The position numbers and the translations under genes are program-made. A stretch of 38,395 nt of DNA from a virus: the IMG/VR virus record IMGVR_UViG_3300020577_002834. One strand, given 5' to 3'. Each line of letters opens with the position of its first letter. Position 1 is the first letter of the stretch. The notes beneath the pieces were generated by a model. The model was not told the DNA's origin. It searched no databases and saw nothing but the letters and a program-made list of their open reading frames with translations. Below, one piece after another: positions 23,191 to 31,787 of the stretch.

Positions 23191-25014
23191 CTAGCTCGGT
23201 AGGGGATTAGTTGGGACTGCGGCCAGTGGGTCAGTAGCAGAGGCATCCGACGGTGCTGGTGCTACGTTTGGCAGTGGTGCGCCTTGCATTGGTGCTGGTG
23301 CCTGCATACCGAGTTCCGGGAAAAGTGCGGCTGGGTTCTGTTGCCAGAGGTAGAGCATCCGGGCGGTTTCTCTTGGCGAAGGGAAGTCCAATGCTTCGTA
23401 AAATGAAATTGGGTCGATACCGTTCGCAGACCACAAATCGATCGCTTCGTTACGGCGAGTGAGCGAGTCTTTAGGGATGAGAGAGCCTTCCCTTACCGAA
23501 ACATTGAGATCGACCTGCGCGAGATCGGACTTTTCAAGCGTGAAGTACTCGCGTGCGCGTTCCTTTCCGATACAGCTGCCCATTTTCGCCTCGTCGTAGT
23601 AGACGTACATGAACTGGACGAACTGGTTGAAAATCTGATCGGCTACCTGTTCGAGATATTCAGTGAAACCCCCTCCGATACGATCGGAGTCAGCTGATTG
23701 GGTGATGATCTTTCCGCGAACCGTCTTGTCCTTCTGCAAGTTGGACGGAACAGAACCAGATACGCCGTAAACCGAGAGGATGCGTTGACGCGCGTCCAAA
23801 AGGTTCTGGTATACGAAATCCGGCAGGGCCGTTCCTGTGTCGCGCTTGATACCTTCACCAGCTACGCCGTGAGGCTGGAGCATTACGTCGCCGTTACGCA
23901 GGGCCTCTGCCGCCTGAGCCGCTTGACCTTCCTCGAAATAATCAAGAGAGGCGATAATTCCGTTATTGGTGTTGTCGGCGTTGCGATCAATCTGCCTCCA
24001 ACGCTTCGAAACGACGTCTTGCATCGAAAGGCACTGATACAAACCGTTGGTTTCGTCGAAAGGTCGGTTGCCAAGGTTCATCACTGACAAGAACGCACAG
24101 GGAAGTTGTGGGGCTGTGAAGTGGTTTTTCGGCGTAACTTGAACGGGCATTTCAATCCCGTACTCGTCCGTCTGCATTTCAACCGTCGGATAGTTGAAAT
24201 GGGGGTTCTTCATCTTTCCGAGCAGCAGGCTCTTGATTGTCCAAAACACCGCAGGTTCTTCACCTGCGCTCCACCACTCGATGTATTGAAGTTTGGTTCC
24301 GAGCTTGTCGTCGCAAATGACACGGATTTCCTTTTCTTTGTCGGGGAAGCGGGTAATGAGGTCTGAACCCGTATCTTTGCGATAACGTCCAATAAACTTG
24401 CCGGTATATTTACCGTTTTGGATCGTTGAGTCGGGATCAAGGATCAGCTGCTGAGGACGTACGGCTTCACAGGTGACGTTCTGGGTCTTTTCAGACCAGC
24501 CAATCCACACGCAACCGATGAAATAGAGCTGGTGGAAACGGGCGACCTGACGCAGAGTCATTCGAACATTCACGTCTTTGTTGTCAGCAAGATACGCGAG
24601 CATCTTTTCAACTGCGCTTGCGATCTTATTCCCGACGGGTGTGTTGTCCGATGAAACAACCGGCTCTGGGGACTTCTGAGTAGCTTTAGGGAGGAAAGTT
24701 TCGAGAGCCTCGAAAATGAGGTTGTCGGCTTTCGGCTTCTTCTTGTCCGTATCTACAACGTCCCCGTAGTTCATTCCGAGCCAGTACTTTTCGGTCTCCT
24801 TCTGTTTGTAGTCGAGATCAGACTTGGCTTTGAGCCAAGCTCCTTCCCATTCACCTGCAAGCTGAACCAGCTCCTTGTCGTCCATCGACAGCTGGAGTTC
24901 ATCCAAATACGAAGAAATCACGCCTTGAGTGGTGTCTCCCGGCTTTGATCCACTGTTCTTGTTTGTAGGCGCAAAGAGGGCCTGAACGCCTGCGATCCTG
25001 TCATCAACTCCCAT
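23191..25014 (-). CDS. Portal protein candidate (607 aa)
   Basis: Assigned from size and position, between the terminase and the scaffold/capsid genes. Confidence 0.65.
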   Translation of the reverse strand: MGVDDRIAGVQALFAPTNKNSGSKPGDTTQGVISSYLDELQLSMDDKELVQLAGEWEGAWLKAKSDLDYKQKETEKYWLGMNYGDVVDTDKKKPKADNLIFEALETFLPKATQKSPEPVVSSDNTPVGNKIASAVEKMLAYLADNKDVNVRMTLRQVARFHQLYFIGCVWIGWSEKTQNVTCEAVRPQQLILDPDSTIQNGKYTGKFIGRYRKDTGSDLITRFPDKEKEIRVICDDKLGTKLQYIEWWSAGEEPAVFWTIKSLLLGKMKNPHFNYPTVEMQTDEYGIEMPVQVTPKNHFTAPQLPCAFLSVMNLGNRPFDETNGLYQCLSMQDVVSKRWRQIDRNADNTNNGIIASLDYFEEGQAAQAAEALRNGDVMLQPHGVAGEGIKRDTGTALPDFVYQNLLDARQRILSVYGVSGSVPSNLQKDKTVRGKIITQSADSDRIGGGFTEYLEQVADQIFNQFVQFMYVYYDEAKMGSCIGKERAREYFTLEKSDLAQVDLNVSVREGSLIPKDSLTRRNEAIDLWSANGIDPISFYEALDFPSPRETARMLYLWQQNPAALFPELGMQAPAPMQGAPLPNVAPAPSDASATDPLAAVPTNPLPS

Positions 25015-25020
25015 GAACGC

Positions 25021-25054
25021 AAAAAGCGGCCCACCCCTGTAAAGGGATGAGCCG
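25021..25054 (-). terminator. Strand-specific 12-bp hairpin followed by U4, 7 nt upstream of the portal ATG. It could be an attenuator or part of a structured RBS.
   Basis: On the minus strand, gcggcucauccc-uuuaca-ggggugggccgc-uuuu. The two G:U pairs form only in the minus-sense RNA. Confidence 0.5.
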
Positions 25055-25107
25055 CCTCCAGTTACTCGTTATTTCACGAGGCTATCGGTACGGTTACTAT
25101 CGGCAGC

Positions 25108-25137
25108 AGTATACCACAAATATGCTTACGCTGTCAA
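25108..25137 (-). promoter_or_regulatory. Sigma70-type promoter, TTGACA-18 nt-TATACT with an extended TGn
   Basis: The minus strand reads aagTTGACAgcgtaagcatatttgTGgTATACT. The -35 overlaps the end of ORF 25126..25341. Confidence 0.45.
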
Positions 25138-25341
25138 CTTTTCGTGCCTAAAGATTGGGCCGATTACGCCCTGACTGTCGAAGTGTATTTCGGCGTATCC
25201 GTTCTTGATGTCAAACATTCCTGATTTAAGCAGTTTGGATATGTTTTGCTGCCTTTTTCTAAACTCCAAGAACAGAGCCTGATCTTCAGGGGTGAGGCTA
25301 ACTTGTACAGTTTCGATTTTTAGCGTCGCTGTTGCCTCCAC
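25126..25341 (-). CDS. Hypothetical protein (71 aa)
   Basis: ORF-track frame directly downstream of the large terminase. Confidence 0.55.
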   Translation of the reverse strand: MEATATLKIETVQVSLTPEDQALFLEFRKRQQNISKLLKSGMFDIKNGYAEIHFDSQGVIGPIFRHEKLTA

Positions 25342-25347
25342 AAGACG

Positions 25348-26931
25348 TCAATCAACTTCCCGATTCCACCATATTGGCTGTTTAGTCGTTGCCTTTATGA
25401 ACTTTTGAGGGTTGAACTGCTCAGCGATCTTGAGGTCTTTGAGAGGTGTAACAGCTGAGACAATAGACCCACGCCCCTTGCCGAACTTGTCCATACCGAT
25501 ACGCCAGTAAGTAGTTGCCAATGCCCAGTGGTCATTTCCGTCTACCTTTGACCAGACGTACACAGGGTTTCCAATAGCATCTATTTCCTTGATACGCCCC
25601 ATACCATGCCAATGGGAGTAGTACTCAGACCAATCATCCTGCGTGCCTTGAAGGGGGATGCGCCTGTCAGCAAACTCGTCCACCACCATTTGAATAGATC
25701 TATTACGGTCAGCCAGCACCCTTCCGTACTCCTCATGCTCGCCCCATTTGATGATCTGGTCTGCACGCTTAACTCTTGAGAACGAACACAGAAAGACACG
25801 ACCGTTGAACTTTGATCTGAGCTTTTTCGGCCAGAAGATGTCGGGACCGTTATCTACTACAGCAATAGACCCTTCAAACCGTTTCAAGAGTCTTTCAATG
25901 TCCTCGGGGTCTTCGGTCTTACCTGCAAAGAAAAGCCCGTTTTTGTTACCACAGACGTAGTGGATAGTGTTCCCGATGTCTACGCCAATAACGACGTCTT
26001 TCTGATCGTTGATCGTTTCGGTGCAGTTCCTGAAGATGATGTCCGGCGTGATCGAGTCGCCGTCGCCTTGGAAGGGAAGGCCGAGTACGAAGTTCCAAAA
26101 GTACTCTTTAGGCTTGGTTTCAAACTCTTTGACGATGTAATCAGCCGTGAGCCACGGATACATGAGAGCGGAGACCCAATAGCCAGAGTACTCACCTTGC
26201 GACAGTGCTTCCCAACGACCTCGGCGGCGATCATCCGAACTGAGTACAGTCCTACAGTGTTTACACACAAACTCCCGTCGCTCTATATCAAGGTTCTCCG
26301 GCCATGAAAGATACTGATCCGCAGCACACCCAGCGTTTGGACACTTGATGAACCAGTGCTTTTTGTCTGATCTTTGCCAGTAAAGATCGACGCCATTGTT
26401 ACGAAATGAGGGGTTGGAAAAGTGCCAATCAAACTTATGCTTTGAGTGCTGAAGACGTGAGGCGTAGGTCTTGAGGACGGGCTGGTTGCTTCGATCTTCT
26501 TCGTCGTGAATAAGCACGTCAGCCGGGACAGAGATCGCCGCGCGCTCAGTCCATGTACCACGGAAATAAAGGAAGTTTTGATTGACCTGTTTTTGCTCTA
26601 CCGAGTCCTTGTCCCTAATCAGATCACGGAGCGTGGGATTGTGCGCTAAAAGTCTATTCACACGACCGCCGCCTAGCAGGTTTACATCCGCGGCGGTTGG
26701 CATCGTGTAGATCACCTCCATTTTGCGCCTATCACATAGATAGAGCGCCTTGAGAATCATCACCTCCGTACCACCACCCTGAGCAGCTTTTAGCAATACT
26801 TGCTTCGGTGAAAGATCGTTGATGATGTCGTACCAGAAGAAGTGAGACTTGAAGTCAAAAGGTTCGCCGCTTGAGACTCTAATGCGGTTCTCGACGATCC
26901 AAGCTACGGGGTTGATGTCAGAGAGTTTCAC
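25348..26931 (-). CDS. terL: Terminase large subunit, GpA-like (527 aa)
   Basis: KAAQGGGTE (Walker A-like), VLIHDEED (Walker B-like), internal CPNAGC...CKHC zinc motif, and position after an HTH small subunit. Confidence 0.75.
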   Translation of the reverse strand: MKLSDINPVAWIVENRIRVSSGEPFDFKSHFFWYDIINDLSPKQVLLKAAQGGGTEVMILKALYLCDRRKMEVIYTMPTAADVNLLGGGRVNRLLAHNPTLRDLIRDKDSVEQKQVNQNFLYFRGTWTERAAISVPADVLIHDEEDRSNQPVLKTYASRLQHSKHKFDWHFSNPSFRNNGVDLYWQRSDKKHWFIKCPNAGCAADQYLSWPENLDIERREFVCKHCRTVLSSDDRRRGRWEALSQGEYSGYWVSALMYPWLTADYIVKEFETKPKEYFWNFVLGLPFQGDGDSITPDIIFRNCTETINDQKDVVIGVDIGNTIHYVCGNKNGLFFAGKTEDPEDIERLLKRFEGSIAVVDNGPDIFWPKKLRSKFNGRVFLCSFSRVKRADQIIKWGEHEEYGRVLADRNRSIQMVVDEFADRRIPLQGTQDDWSEYYSHWHGMGRIKEIDAIGNPVYVWSKVDGNDHWALATTYWRIGMDKFGKGRGSIVSAVTPLKDLKIAEQFNPQKFIKATTKQPIWWNREVD

Positions 26932-27140
26932 TCAAATTTCAGGTGATGTTGGGTAATCGAACCTGAGTACCAAGCCTCACGAACTAGGCCACAATGCGGA
27001 CACCACACTGAATCGCAACAGTCCAATATCTCTTCGGGGGTACCATCTGACTTCTTCATAAACTTGGACTTTCGCATTGGTCTCTCGCCCTCGTGTGCTT
27101 CCCGAGTAATGAAACGGTGGAAGTCGTGTTGGCAACTCAT
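26928..27140 (-). CDS. Small Cys-containing protein (70 aa)
   Basis: CCDSVWCPHCG motif. ATGA overlap with terL. Confidence 0.5.
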   Translation of the reverse strand: MSCQHDFHRFITREAHEGERPMRKSKFMKKSDGTPEEILDCCDSVWCPHCGLVREAWYSGSITQHHLKFE

Positions 27141-27141
27141 A

Positions 27142-27537
27142 TCATTCCAGCATCTTACGTTTCATCTCCTCGTCAAACTTCGTACTGATTTCTTTGAAAG
27201 ATTCGAAGTTCTCCAAGTCAGCATTCAGGTTCATTACCACTGATTTCTGCACGTTTCCAAATTCATTCTTCAGCTTCTTTTCGAGATACCACTTGGCGTT
27301 GTCAGCCTCATCTAATCCTTTCACTATCGTATTCCTAGCCTTTAGAATTGGCCTCTCGCGCAACATATCCAGTCTTGCCTTCAACTCAGGATCAGAATTG
27401 AACCAGTTATAGAGCGTTTGTGGGCTAACATTAGCGTAAGTTGCCATTTCAAGAACGGTACAATCAAGAGAGGCAGATTCCTCCAGCTTTTTGTAAACCT
27501 CCGGTGTCATTTTGATCTTCATCCCTTCTGGCACCAT
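27142..27537 (-). CDS. terS: Terminase small subunit candidate (HTH, 131 aa)
   Basis: HTH-like LEMATYANVSPQTLYNWF and a position upstream of terL. Confidence 0.6.
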   Translation of the reverse strand: MVPEGMKIKMTPEVYKKLEESASLDCTVLEMATYANVSPQTLYNWFNSDPELKARLDMLRERPILKARNTIVKGLDEADNAKWYLEKKLKNEFGNVQKSVVMNLNADLENFESFKEISTKFDEEMKRKMLE

Positions 27538-27538
27538 A

Positions 27539-28693
27539 TCATTCGAGCTTAATAGCTTCCTTCCCCGTAAGGTTTTCCCAGCGTTTAATAATGACGTCTA
27601 TGTAACGAGGGTCTATCTCCATTCCGTAGCACTTTCTTCCTGTCTGCTCACAGGCTATTAGAGTGGAGCCGGAGCCGAGGAAGATGTCGAGCAAGACCCC
27701 CCCCATGGGGCATGCGTGTCTGATTGCTCTTTCCATCAGGGCTATAGGTTTCTTAGTTGCGTGTTCTTCGTCCCTTCCCACCTTTCTCTGGACGTGCCAT
27801 ACGTCTTGAAGTTCGCCTTCACCGTGGTGGGTTGAAAGTTCGGGTTGGCCCTTTTTCACGACGTGGATAAACTCGTGAGTGTATTTGTAGTCGCTACCTA
27901 GTCCGTGAACCACCTTGTCCCAAACAATTAGGTTGGAAAACTTAAAGTTATTTTTGATGTGCGGAACAAGTTCGTGAGAGCGTCGCCAGTCTAGGCAAAC
28001 GTATCCCGCGGAGTTTTCTCCCATCGCATAGAAAAGCGACGCCATCGACTTTTCGAGCAGATCTTCCCACTCTTCATCTGTAAAGCTGTCGTTAAACATA
28101 TGGTTCAACCAGGTTGAACCTTTGTTTTTTTTCTCGCTCATTCCCGTGTTATATGGTGGGTCGGTGAAAACCATGTCGGCCTTCTTACCGCCCATCAGCC
28201 TTTCGACATCTTCAAGCTTGGTGGCGTCTCCACAGAGCACTCGGTGATCTCCGAGTTGGTACAGGTCTCCTAGCTTGCTCTTTGGGACTTCTGGCGGTTC
28301 AGGTGCCTCGTCCTCTACGATCTCTTGTGGTTCAAGTTCCTTAATTTCGAAACCTGTCAGCTCTTGGAGTGGGAGATCGAGTTCCTTGAGGTCTTCGAGA
28401 ACGAGATCGGTGTCCCATTCCGATTCATTCAGGCGGTTATCGGCAAGGCGATATGCCTTTACTTCCGCAGCGGTCAAGTTTTCGGCACGAATTGCTGGAA
28501 CTTCCGTGAGACCCAGCTTCTTGGCCGCTTCTAGCCTACCGTGGCCGACGATAACGACGTTCTCCCTGTCTAGAACAACGGGTTGGAGAAATCCAAAACG
28601 CTTGATGGATGCCGCTACTTTGTCCACCTGCTTGGCAGGATGCTTTTTAGCGTTCTTGGCGTATGGTTTGATGTCTGCGATTGCGATGTTCAT
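27539..28693 (-). CDS. ParB-like nuclease domain fused to a DNA N4/N6 methyltransferase (DPPY)
   Basis: N-terminus KPYAKNAKKHP...FGFLQPVVL...IVGHGRLEAAKKLG (ParB/Srx-like). MVFTDPPYNTG and C-terminal LDIFLGSGSTLIA (SAM site). The track uses a GTG start at 28708. Confidence 0.85.
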   Translation of the reverse strand: MNIAIADIKPYAKNAKKHPAKQVDKVAASIKRFGFLQPVVLDRENVVIVGHGRLEAAKKLGLTEVPAIRAENLTAAEVKAYRLADNRLNESEWDTDLVLEDLKELDLPLQELTGFEIKELEPQEIVEDEAPEPPEVPKSKLGDLYQLGDHRVLCGDATKLEDVERLMGGKKADMVFTDPPYNTGMSEKKNKGSTWLNHMFNDSFTDEEWEDLLEKSMASLFYAMGENSAGYVCLDWRRSHELVPHIKNNFKFSNLIVWDKVVHGLGSDYKYTHEFIHVVKKGQPELSTHHGEGELQDVWHVQRKVGRDEEHATKKPIALMERAIRHACPMGGVLLDIFLGSGSTLIACEQTGRKCYGMEIDPRYIDVIIKRWENLTGKEAIKLE

Positions 28694-28786
28694 GTTCCAG
28701 CATTTCACCCTTTGTTTTGGGCTTATCCGAAGTCATGTTCTCGATGATGACCTCCGCAAGTTTTTCTTGCCGTTAGGTTGGCATAC

Positions 28787-29110
28787 TTACATTGTTTGAC
28801 GTGCTTTCCTCAAATCCTGAACCATTTTCTTCGCGTCCTCTCCTTCCTGTACCCAGTTTATTTTTTCCTTTCTCTTGATCGTTTTGGGGATGCCGTAGAG
28901 TTCGTAGAATGTTCTGCGGGTGATCCCGGTTGGCTGGCAGAAGTCTCGTAGGTGGTATCTGGTGTACTTTTTGTTGTCGAGGCGTCCGAATTTGTCTTTG
29001 TTCCAATAGAGGTTGCGGCCGCAATATGTACAGGTTTCCTTGAGGGTCTTGGAGTCCTCTTTGACGGCCTCGAAGTTGCAGATTTTATTCTTCTTGCAGA
29101 TCGCGTCCAT
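28787..29110 (-). CDS. Cys-containing hypothetical protein (~107 aa; the track uses a TTG start at 29137)
   Basis: CKKNKIC...CTYCG motif. Start uncertain. Overlaps the upstream ORF. Confidence 0.45.
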   Translation of the reverse strand: MDAICKKNKICNFEAVKEDSKTLKETCTYCGRNLYWNKDKFGRLDNKKYTRYHLRDFCQPTGITRRTFYELYGIPKTIKRKEKINWVQEGEDAKKMVQDLRKARQTM

Positions 29111-29351
29111 GTTCGGTTTGATCCAACATTTCTTCAAGCGTGCCGCCTTTTTCGAATACTTTTGTCGCGTGCAGACCTTTCATAGAGATAACCTTTCCCT
29201 TGGTGGCAGGGGATAGATCATGCTCTTGGGCGTACTTCCTGATTTGGGTATTTGTTTTTGGGTCTTTGATGACCTTGAGAGCTACACGAAGTAGGAGGGT
29301 TTCAATCCAGCGAGAGGCGAGGAGACCAGAAATGAAGGCGAGGAGGATCAT
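29085..29351 (-). CDS. Small protein with an N-terminal hydrophobic segment (88 aa)
   Basis: Trimmed to the ATG overlapping the GroEL stop (ATGA). Begins MILLAFISGLLASRWIETLLL. Confidence 0.5.
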   Translation of the reverse strand: MILLAFISGLLASRWIETLLLRVALKVIKDPKTNTQIRKYAQEHDLSPATKGKVISMKGLHATKVFEKGGTLEEMLDQTEHGRDLQEE

Positions 29352-30916
29352 TTCTTTTCTTCCGACGTCACGAGTGCGGCTTTTGTCGTCAACAATAAGC
29401 ACGCGATTGACGAGGCGTTTTCCAGTGCGGTTCTCGTTACCTTCACGGGGTCAATTACGCCGGCTGCCATGAGGTCTTCGTATGTGTCAGTGGCGGCGTT
29501 ATAGCCTTCGTTACTGTCTTTCGGAAGTTTCAAGCACGCTTCGAGGACGACTTCGCCGTTCTTCCCGGCGTTTTCAGCGATCGTTTTGATAGGGGACTGG
29601 CAGGCATTGAGGACTGCGCTAGCCACGCTCCGATCATTGAGGCTAGTAGCCGCGCGGAGTAAGGCGATTCCGCCGCCCACGACAATACCTTCTTCTTGAG
29701 CAGCGCGAGTTGCGTTGACTGCATCTTCGACTCTTTGTTTTTTTTCTTTGATTTCGACTTCGTTCGTGCCGCCGATTTTAATGACACCGACCGACCCCGT
29801 GAGGTGGCCGAGCCTCTCTTTAAGTTTTTGCTCGTCATAGTCTGACTTTGTGGATTCCAATTCAGATTTAATGGCTCCGATTCGAATATCCACGTCTTCT
29901 TGTTTTCCGTATCCTCCAATGATCGTGGTGTGGTCTTGGGAAACGATAATCTTGCGAGCCTTACCAAGAACGTCTGATTTGATTTCTTTGATGTCTTTGC
30001 CTGTTTCCTCCGAAATAAAGGTAGCTCCCGTAAGGGCGCAAATATCACGCATTTGTTCGCGGCGGCGGTGATCGCCAATGCCTGGGCAACGCATAGCGAC
30101 TCCATTGAAGACGCCGCGCTGCTTGTTTACTACGAGTACCGCGAGAGCTTCACCCTCTACGTTGTCGGTCACAATCAGGAGGTCTTTCTGACCTTTCTTC
30201 GCCATATCTTCCATAAGCGGAAGAATCTCCTGAGCCAACGTGATTTTGCGATCACACACAAACACAGGGCAGTCGGCCATTTCTGCAATCATCTTCTCGG
30301 GGTTCGTGACCATGTACGGAGACACATAGCCGCCCTCAAGTTTCATTCCCTTGGTCAGCTCCGTTTCAATACCAAAAGAAGGGGACTCCTCAAGGGTAAT
30401 AAGGCTATCTTTACCCACCTCGTCCATTAGTCCAGCGATAACTTTGCCGAGTTCCCTGTCGTTGGCACTGATTGAGGCTACCTGCTCCAACTTTTCAAGT
30501 GAATCGACCGGGGTAGCCATAGCCGCAAGGTTCTTTACAACCTCAGCCGTAGCTTGTTCGATATTCTGTCTAACAGTGACTGGGTTCTCTCCAGCCGCAA
30601 CGAGCTTATAGCCTTCGTTGAAGATCGCGCGTGCCAAAACCGTGGCGGTTGTCGTTCCGTCGCCGGCAATATCGTTGGTCTTTTTAGCGGCTTCCCGAAC
30701 CATATCGGCTCCCAGACGCTCGAAGCGATCTACGAGGCTCACTTCACGGGCTACGGTAACACCGTCTTTGGTGAGTGTTGGGTATCCTGCGGCGTTTTCG
30801 ATAGCGACACACTGACCAGAAGGCCCCATGGTAGCAGCTACTGCGTCGGCAATCGTGTTCACACCACGTTTGAGTTTCTCTTGGGCTTCGCGGTTGAAAA
30901 GGATGTCTCGGCTCAT
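29348..30916 (-). CDS. groL: Chaperonin GroEL / Cpn60 (522 aa)
   Basis: Full-length group I chaperonin. LKRGVNTIADAV..TMGP.G, TKDGVTVAREV and the AGDGTTTATVLA nucleotide-binding motif. No C-terminal GGM tail. Confidence 0.97.
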   Translation of the reverse strand: MSRDILFNREAQEKLKRGVNTIADAVAATMGPSGQCVAIENAAGYPTLTKDGVTVAREVSLVDRFERLGADMVREAAKKTNDIAGDGTTTATVLARAIFNEGYKLVAAGENPVTVRQNIEQATAEVVKNLAAMATPVDSLEKLEQVASISANDRELGKVIAGLMDEVGKDSLITLEESPSFGIETELTKGMKLEGGYVSPYMVTNPEKMIAEMADCPVFVCDRKITLAQEILPLMEDMAKKGQKDLLIVTDNVEGEALAVLVVNKQRGVFNGVAMRCPGIGDHRRREQMRDICALTGATFISEETGKDIKEIKSDVLGKARKIIVSQDHTTIIGGYGKQEDVDIRIGAIKSELESTKSDYDEQKLKERLGHLTGSVGVIKIGGTNEVEIKEKKQRVEDAVNATRAAQEEGIVVGGGIALLRAATSLNDRSVASAVLNACQSPIKTIAENAGKNGEVVLEACLKLPKDSNEGYNAATDTYEDLMAAGVIDPVKVTRTALENASSIACLLLTTKAALVTSEEKK

Positions 30917-30917
30917 A

Positions 30918-31181
30918 TTATTTCACGACGGCCAAAATATCTTTCTGAGAAAGAAGGAAGAACTTTTCACTACCGATCTTCACCTCGTCTGGGCTGAAAC
31001 GCTTGTAGACGACTTCTTGATCAATATCAACCGCCGTTACGTCCGGCCCTTTGGCTGTTACCTTTCCAGTCTGTGGCCGATCCATTGAAGCGTTGTCGGG
31101 AATAACGATCCCGGACTCAGTGGTCTCTTGCTTGTCTTCAACTGAAACAAGGACGTTATCGAACAGGGGTTCAAGCGTCAT
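30918..31181 (-). CDS. groS: Co-chaperonin GroES / Cpn10 (87 aa)
   Basis: LEPLFDNVLV...ETTESGIVIPDNA...GKVTAKGP...V.YKR......I.....FLLSQKDILAVV. Its stop is coupled to the GroEL start (TAAtATG). Confidence 0.9.
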   Translation of the reverse strand: MTLEPLFDNVLVSVEDKQETTESGIVIPDNASMDRPQTGKVTAKGPDVTAVDIDQEVVYKRFSPDEVKIGSEKFFLLSQKDILAVVK

Positions 31182-31183
31182 GG

Positions 31184-31363
31184 TTATTTTTTGACAGTGA
31201 GTTCGATGCGCGGGTCGGCTTTGACGGAAAAATCTAATCCGTATTCGTCGGAGAGAGCGTAATACTTTTCTTGAAACTCCTTGGCGTAAGCATTGATCTG
31301 AGCCTGTTCGTCCTCGGTTTTTTCTTCCTTTGCGCTCAAGTCCAAAAACTCCTGCTTTGTCAT
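31184..31363 (-). CDS. Small acidic protein (59 aa), probably the first gene of the leftward module
   Basis: Track ORF trimmed to ATG 31363 (MTKQEFLDLSAKEEKTEDEQ...). The Arg-rich N-terminal extension looks non-coding. Confidence 0.5.
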   Translation of the reverse strand: MTKQEFLDLSAKEEKTEDEQAQINAYAKEFQEKYYALSDEYGLDFSVKADPRIELTVKK

Positions 31364-31737
31364 GGTAGTTTTTATTTCCAATCTAGTATGCGCCCAAGAA
31401 GTTTGACGCATACCGTAGTCCAGCTTTCGCCGGAAGTAAGTACGTTCAAGCCCCATGCTTGTCGTGAGCGCATATCAGATTGTAAATGTTTCATGGTTGA
31501 GGAGCCGCACTGCACTGATAGTCCGGCTCCTCCGCCCCAGAGCAGGTAAGGAAATGTGACCCTTACGACGTTTTTATAACTCCGCGAGTGTCCCAGAAAA
31601 ACCGGGAGTTCGGGGAGAGCAGCTACTGAAGACGGCGGTTTGGTCGATGTTGAATGTTGATCCTCCTGCGACACTATAATAGCAAAAAAATCAATCTTTT
31701 ACCATATCACAAATTACCGCTTCCGTGTGAATTACTT

Positions 31738-31746
31738 TGTGGATAA
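31738..31746 (-). promoter_or_regulatory. Perfect DnaA-box 9-mer (TTATCCACA on the minus strand), 1 nt from the early -35
   Basis: The plus strand reads tgtggataa. A weaker box, tgtgaatta, lies at 31726-31734 in the same orientation. Confidence 0.4.
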
Positions 31747-31747
31747 C

Positions 31748-31777
31748 TTGACAGGTTATCGGCCATGTGTGTAGTTT
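31748..31777 (+). promoter_or_regulatory. Candidate early promoter, TTGACA-18 nt-TAGTTT
   Basis: -35 at 31748-31753 and -10 at 31772-31777. ATG 31788 lies 10 nt after the -10, so the mRNA would be near-leaderless. Confidence 0.4.
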
Positions 31778-31787
31778 CTTACAAAAT

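Noticed and set aside
28125-28132. A8/T8 homopolymers inside the ParB-methyltransferase (28125-28132) and GroEL (29738-29745), considered as possible phase-variation tracts.
   Set aside because: Both reading frames are intact across the runs, which simply encode Lys-rich peptides (EKKNK, KEKKQ). Nothing distinguishes them from ordinary AAA/AAG codon runs.
31372-31674. A 100-aa minus-strand ORF (GTG start) covering much of the divergent control region and ending 6 nt before ATG 31363. Also the N-terminal extension of 31184..31456.
   Set aside because: The start is GTG and the only SD-like sequence (AGGAGG) lies downstream of it. The composition is Ser/Thr/Gly-rich and random-looking, and the ORF overlaps hairpins. 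It was left unannotated, but conservation in relatives would reinstate it.
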